A stretch of DNA of 12,669 nucleotides, from contig JBHGNT010001043.1 of the NCBI GenBank assembly GCA_043228905.1, forward strand, positions 1 through 12,669, given 5' to 3'. The notes under the pieces were generated by a model. It was not told where the DNA came from. It made no database searches and saw only the letters and a program-made list of their open reading frames with translations. The stretch comes from Azolla caroliniana. Its lineage: Eukaryota; Plantae; Polypodiophyta. The position numbers and the translations under genes are program-made. Positions 9,185 to 12,669 of the stretch are shown in pieces. The first letter of the stretch is position 1, and every line of letters begins with the position of its first letter.

Positions 9185-9239
9185 TGGTCTTTGCACTGAA
9201 GAGCTCCACTATGGAGCGAAACTAGTTTGCCTAAGACCA
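9185..9239 (+). ncRNA. Minimal type I hammerhead ribozyme (PLE-associated)
   Basis: Core CUGAAGA 9196-9202; stem II GCUCCA/UGGAGC (9203-9208/9212-9217); GAAA 9218-9221; short stem III within the palindrome AAACUAGUUU; cleavage triplet GUU 9225-9227; stem I GCA/UGC extended by UGGUCUU/AAGACCA. Confidence 0.88.
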
Positions 9240-9459
9240 CCCTCTTTGAATTAAAACATCTCTCTCTCTCTTTCTCATTAGTGTATGTTGCCTACTTTCT
9301 CTTGTTTAGCTTAAGCACGCTCTAATCGTCGTGTGCCTATCCCTACGCACTCCTTGTTCCGACCATTTGGTCCTAGTAAGATTCATCAATTTTGTGCAAA
9401 ACTAGTTTCAAAATGTTTGTTTACATCTAAACTAGGTTTGCTTTATGTAAACGATTACT

Positions 9460-9859
9460 TGCGGAAGCGTTAGAAAACAGAGAAAGCCGAGAATACACAG
9501 AGTACACGGGAGAGACAGAGAGAGCAGAACATAAAAGCTATATTCAAAACAATATAAACACTCTGTACTTACAACTATGCTCAGTAGCACTATTTATACA
9601 AGTCCTCGTGGGACTGACAAAAGTACCGCGTACTTCAATGCTCACACGAGCATCTGACACTTACTACGAGACTATAACTACCTAGTAGTCTAAACTAATA
9701 CTAGGCTTCCGGTTATCGATTGGATCCGGCTAACCGGCTCCCCAACTCACCGGCTCTGTTGCTTGCCGGCTCGGTTGCTCACTGGCTTACTGATCCGTTT
9801 CGCTCACCGGCTCAGGCTTATCCAGCCGATCTGGCTCCAGTTGAGCTTGCCGCACAACA
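9460..9859 (-). repeat. 3' LTR of element 2 (about 400 bp)
   Basis: Starts TGTTG on the minus strand after the PPT (9859 is firm). TATAAATA at 9591-9598 (minus). The distal end at 9460 is inferred from ...CTTCCGCA and a composition change; no second copy in the window. Confidence 0.75.
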
Positions 9860-9868
9860 CTCCCCCTC
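9860..9868 (-). other. Polypurine tract of element 2
   Basis: Minus strand GAGGGGGAG directly before TGTTG. Confidence 0.88.
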
Positions 9869-10427
9869 AAGCTCAACTTGAGGTTGGATCCTAGTGTCAG
9901 CCTCTGTGGCAGTTGGTTCTTCCAACCGACTTCTCATGGCGTCGCTCTGCCTTGCTCGCGCTCCTCGTCTGGTCCGGTTCTGTTTGCCACGACCCCTCTT
10001 GTTCTGCGCACCTCGACCTCCTTGGTCGGCTTGTCTGCTTAACAGGCCCAATTCAGCTCCCTTGCTGTTGTGACTTCGGCGCGTTCCGGTTCGCCGATTC
10101 CTTCGTGTTGGCATCGACTTTCGCTGCCTTCTCGTCCTCTTGGCCTTGAATTGATCCGGTTCTTCCGAATCTGTCTGTTGAACCGAATCGACTGTCTCCG
10201 ATTCATTCCAGCTCTTGTCCAAATCGGTTGCTCCCGATTTTTCTTTTGGTTCCAAGCCCTTCACCACATCGGACCATGTCCGGGTCTTGGTCTTCTTCCT
10301 TCGATCGGCTCTATCCTTCTTGACTCTGCCGCCGCTGCCGCTTGTTCCAACTTGTTCATACGTGTCGACTTCTCTTGTCAACTCGGGTCCTTTCTTCTTC
10401 TTGACTCTCCCTTCCTCAGTTCTTCCC

Positions 10428-12669
10428 TCACCGGCCCAATCTGCAGTCTCTTTGCCTTTGCCCATTCCGGTGTCTTTGCCCGTTCTCCCCCAAGTGTGGC
10501 ACGTGTAGATGCTGAACACCAAGCATTTTGGTGAAGTGTTGCAACTTGTCCGATCCGAGTGGTTTGGTGAAGATGTCGGCAACTTGCCGATCCGTGTGAA
10601 CATACCGAAGTTCGACCTCACCGCTCAGGACACGCTCATGGACGAAGTGATAGTGCACTTCTATGTGCTTTGTGCGAGCATGGAATACTGGCTTCTTGGC
10701 GAGTTGCATGCTGCTTATGTTGTCGTAGTACACCAGAATCGGGGTCAGTACCTCGATTCGTAGGTCTTGCAGCAGTCGCCGAAGCTATATGGCTTCACAG
10801 GTGGCAATGGTAGCGCCCCAATACTTAGCCTCAGTGCTCGACAAAGCAACTATTGGCTGCTTTTTGCTGCTCCACACAACAGCCGCGCTACCTAGGGAAA
10901 ACATGTAACTGGGGGTTGATCGGCAATCTGATGCATCGCCAGCCTAGTCAGCATATGTGTAACCGACCAACTCTTCGGGTATACCGCGCCGGTATAACAA
11001 GCCCCAGTCCTTCATGCCGCTTACGTATAGCAGTATCCGTTCTGCGCACTGAAGGTGCTCCACGGTCGGCTTCTGCATGAACTGACTTATCATTCCGACC
11101 GGATAGCTGATGTCGGGTCACGTGATAGTCAAGTAAATAAGGCTTTCGACAATTTGTCGAAACCGTTTCTCGTTGCAGGCTGGTCTGAAGTTGGGACGAT
11201 GCTTCTGGTTCTGGTCCAAGGGTGTGGAGATAGGTCGGCATTCTGTCATGCCGAACTTGTACAACATATTCAAGACGTAATGTCGTTGTGAGAGCAATAT
11301 GCCGTCGGGGGTTCGAATCACCTCGATCCCAAGAAAATAATGAAGGTCCCCCAAGTCCTTCATCTCAAATGTGTCTAACAACTGGGACTTGACGTGGTTC
11401 ACTTTTGGAAGATCCGGTCCGGTGATGACTAAATCATCAACATACAACAGGATACATACCGGACCGGCTGAGCCTTGCCGGATGAACAACGAAGAGTCGG
11501 ACTTGGAGGCCGCAAGCCCCATCTTACGCAACCGGTGCGTGATCTTCGCATTCCAAGCTCGAGGGGCTTGCTTCAGGCCGTACAACGACTTCTTGAGCCG
11601 GCATACCGCCGACTTGTTCATCTCTGATTGAAAACCGGTGGGCTGAGTCATAAAGACTTCTTCTTCAAGATCACCCTGAAGAAACGCATTCTTCACATCC
11701 ATCTGGTGAAGATGCCACCCCCTTGCTGTAGCAACCGCCAGCATCACACGAACCGTCGTCATCTTCGCTACTTGAGCGAAGGTCTCGTCGTAGTCGATTC
11801 TGTGGGTCTGCGTGTATCCCTTCGCCACTAACCGGGTCTTGAACTGGTTAACTGAACCGTCAGTGTTGTACTTTACCTTGTACACCCACTTGCATCCGAT
11901 CGGTTTACAGTGACGGGGAGGGTCAACTAGGTCCCATGTCTTGTTGACATCAACTGCCCGCATTTCTTCCTCCATAGCGGCTCTCCAGCTCATGCATTTC
12001 CGCCACCTTAGTCATGTACGCATAGTGATGCGCCATGTACTCATTGTACCCGTACCGCTTGACGGGATCCTTCTGGTGGGTGGACCGGCGTAACTCACCG
12101 TTACCCGGTTTGAGGCCCTTGTTGGCCAGTTTGGTCTTCGTTGCCGAAGATCCGCCTTTCTCCTTGCCGGAGTCGGACGCACACCGATCCGACTCATCGT
12201 TGCCGGTTTTGAATTCCGGCATCTTTTTCTTCCCTTTCCCTTTGCGCGTGAACTGTCTCCTCGGTTCCTTGCGCGGGTAGAGCACGGCAGAGTCTCCACT
12301 ACTTGTCGGTTCCTCATCGGACTGGTCAGATTGACTCCGTCTCTCGTTCGGCCCGGTGAACCGAAACGATTCCGGACTCTCATCCTGAGTCCACGCTTCA
12401 TCATCATCTACGTGGGCCGGTTTAGGCTCACTAGCCTCATCCTCTAGCATCGGGTCAGATTCGGAAGTCTGAGTCGGTACGGAGTACGACGATGCCGATT
12501 CATCGAACTCGACATCTCGACTAACTCGGACCTGCTTTGTTCGCGGGTTATAACACTTATAACCCTTTTGCTCTTGAGCATAGCCGACTAGGATGCATTT
12601 TTCCGATTTTGCATCCAACTTCCTCCGCTTCTCATCCGGTACATGCACATATGCAATGCTACCGAAGAT
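10428..12669 (-). pseudogene. pol: Copia pol (integrase C-terminus, RT, RNase H), disrupted
   Basis: IFGSIAYVHVPDEKRRKLDAKSEKCILVGY...KGYKCY; frameshift near 11985; HQMDVKNAFLQG, LYGLKQAPRAW, YVDDL; in-frame stops at 11118-11120 and 10944-10946; RTKHIEVHYHFV, ADIFTKPL. Confidence 0.93.

Larger units (their letters stand above)
8014..9275 (+). mobile_element. 5'-truncated Penelope-like retroelement (3' boundary uncertain, may extend to 9459)
   Basis: PLE-type RT C-terminal half, followed by tandem repeats, a C-rich 3' region and a hammerhead motif. Composition switches abruptly from purine-rich to C/T-rich at about 8015. Confidence 0.82.
9460..12669 (-). mobile_element. Ty1/copia LTR retrotransposon, element 2 (3' half, degenerate)
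   Basis: Integrase C-terminus, RT, RNase H, a 3' region, PPT and LTR. The LTR is not alignable by eye to LTR 1. Candidate TSD is TTACT (9455-9459). Confidence 0.93.

Noticed and set aside
9398-9452. AAACTAGTTT recurrence and GTTTACAT/ATGTAAAC inverted repeat as a second ribozyme
   Set aside because: There is no CUGANGA core or stem II upstream, and short AT-rich palindromes are expected by chance.
9913-12407. Plus-strand and alternative-frame ORFs over element 2
   Set aside because: Antisense or out-of-frame shadows of pol and of a purine-skewed 3' region; no env-like or other domain recognised.

Overview
Eukaryotic, most likely land-plant (plant tRNA-iMet PBS), transposon-rich DNA with no intact host gene. 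In order: (1) a young Ty1/copia LTR retrotransposon on the minus strand (1-5232), whose visible LTR overlap is 67/67 identical and whose gag-pol is broken only by one in-frame TGA; (2) an AT-rich spacer with an HSP70 lid-domain fragment; (3) a decayed hAT transposase (+); (4) a 5'-truncated Penelope-like retroelement (PLE, +) with an RT/thumb, no C-terminal GIY-YIG, five 40-bp tandem repeats, (TC)n tracts and a minimal type I hammerhead ribozyme at 9185-9239; (5) the 3' half of an older, different copia element on the minus strand (about 9460 to the window end). The most notable items are the PLE plus hammerhead unit and a stem-loop placing the PPT/LTR junction in a loop in both copia elements. 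All calls come from reading motifs by eye; no searches or folding were run.
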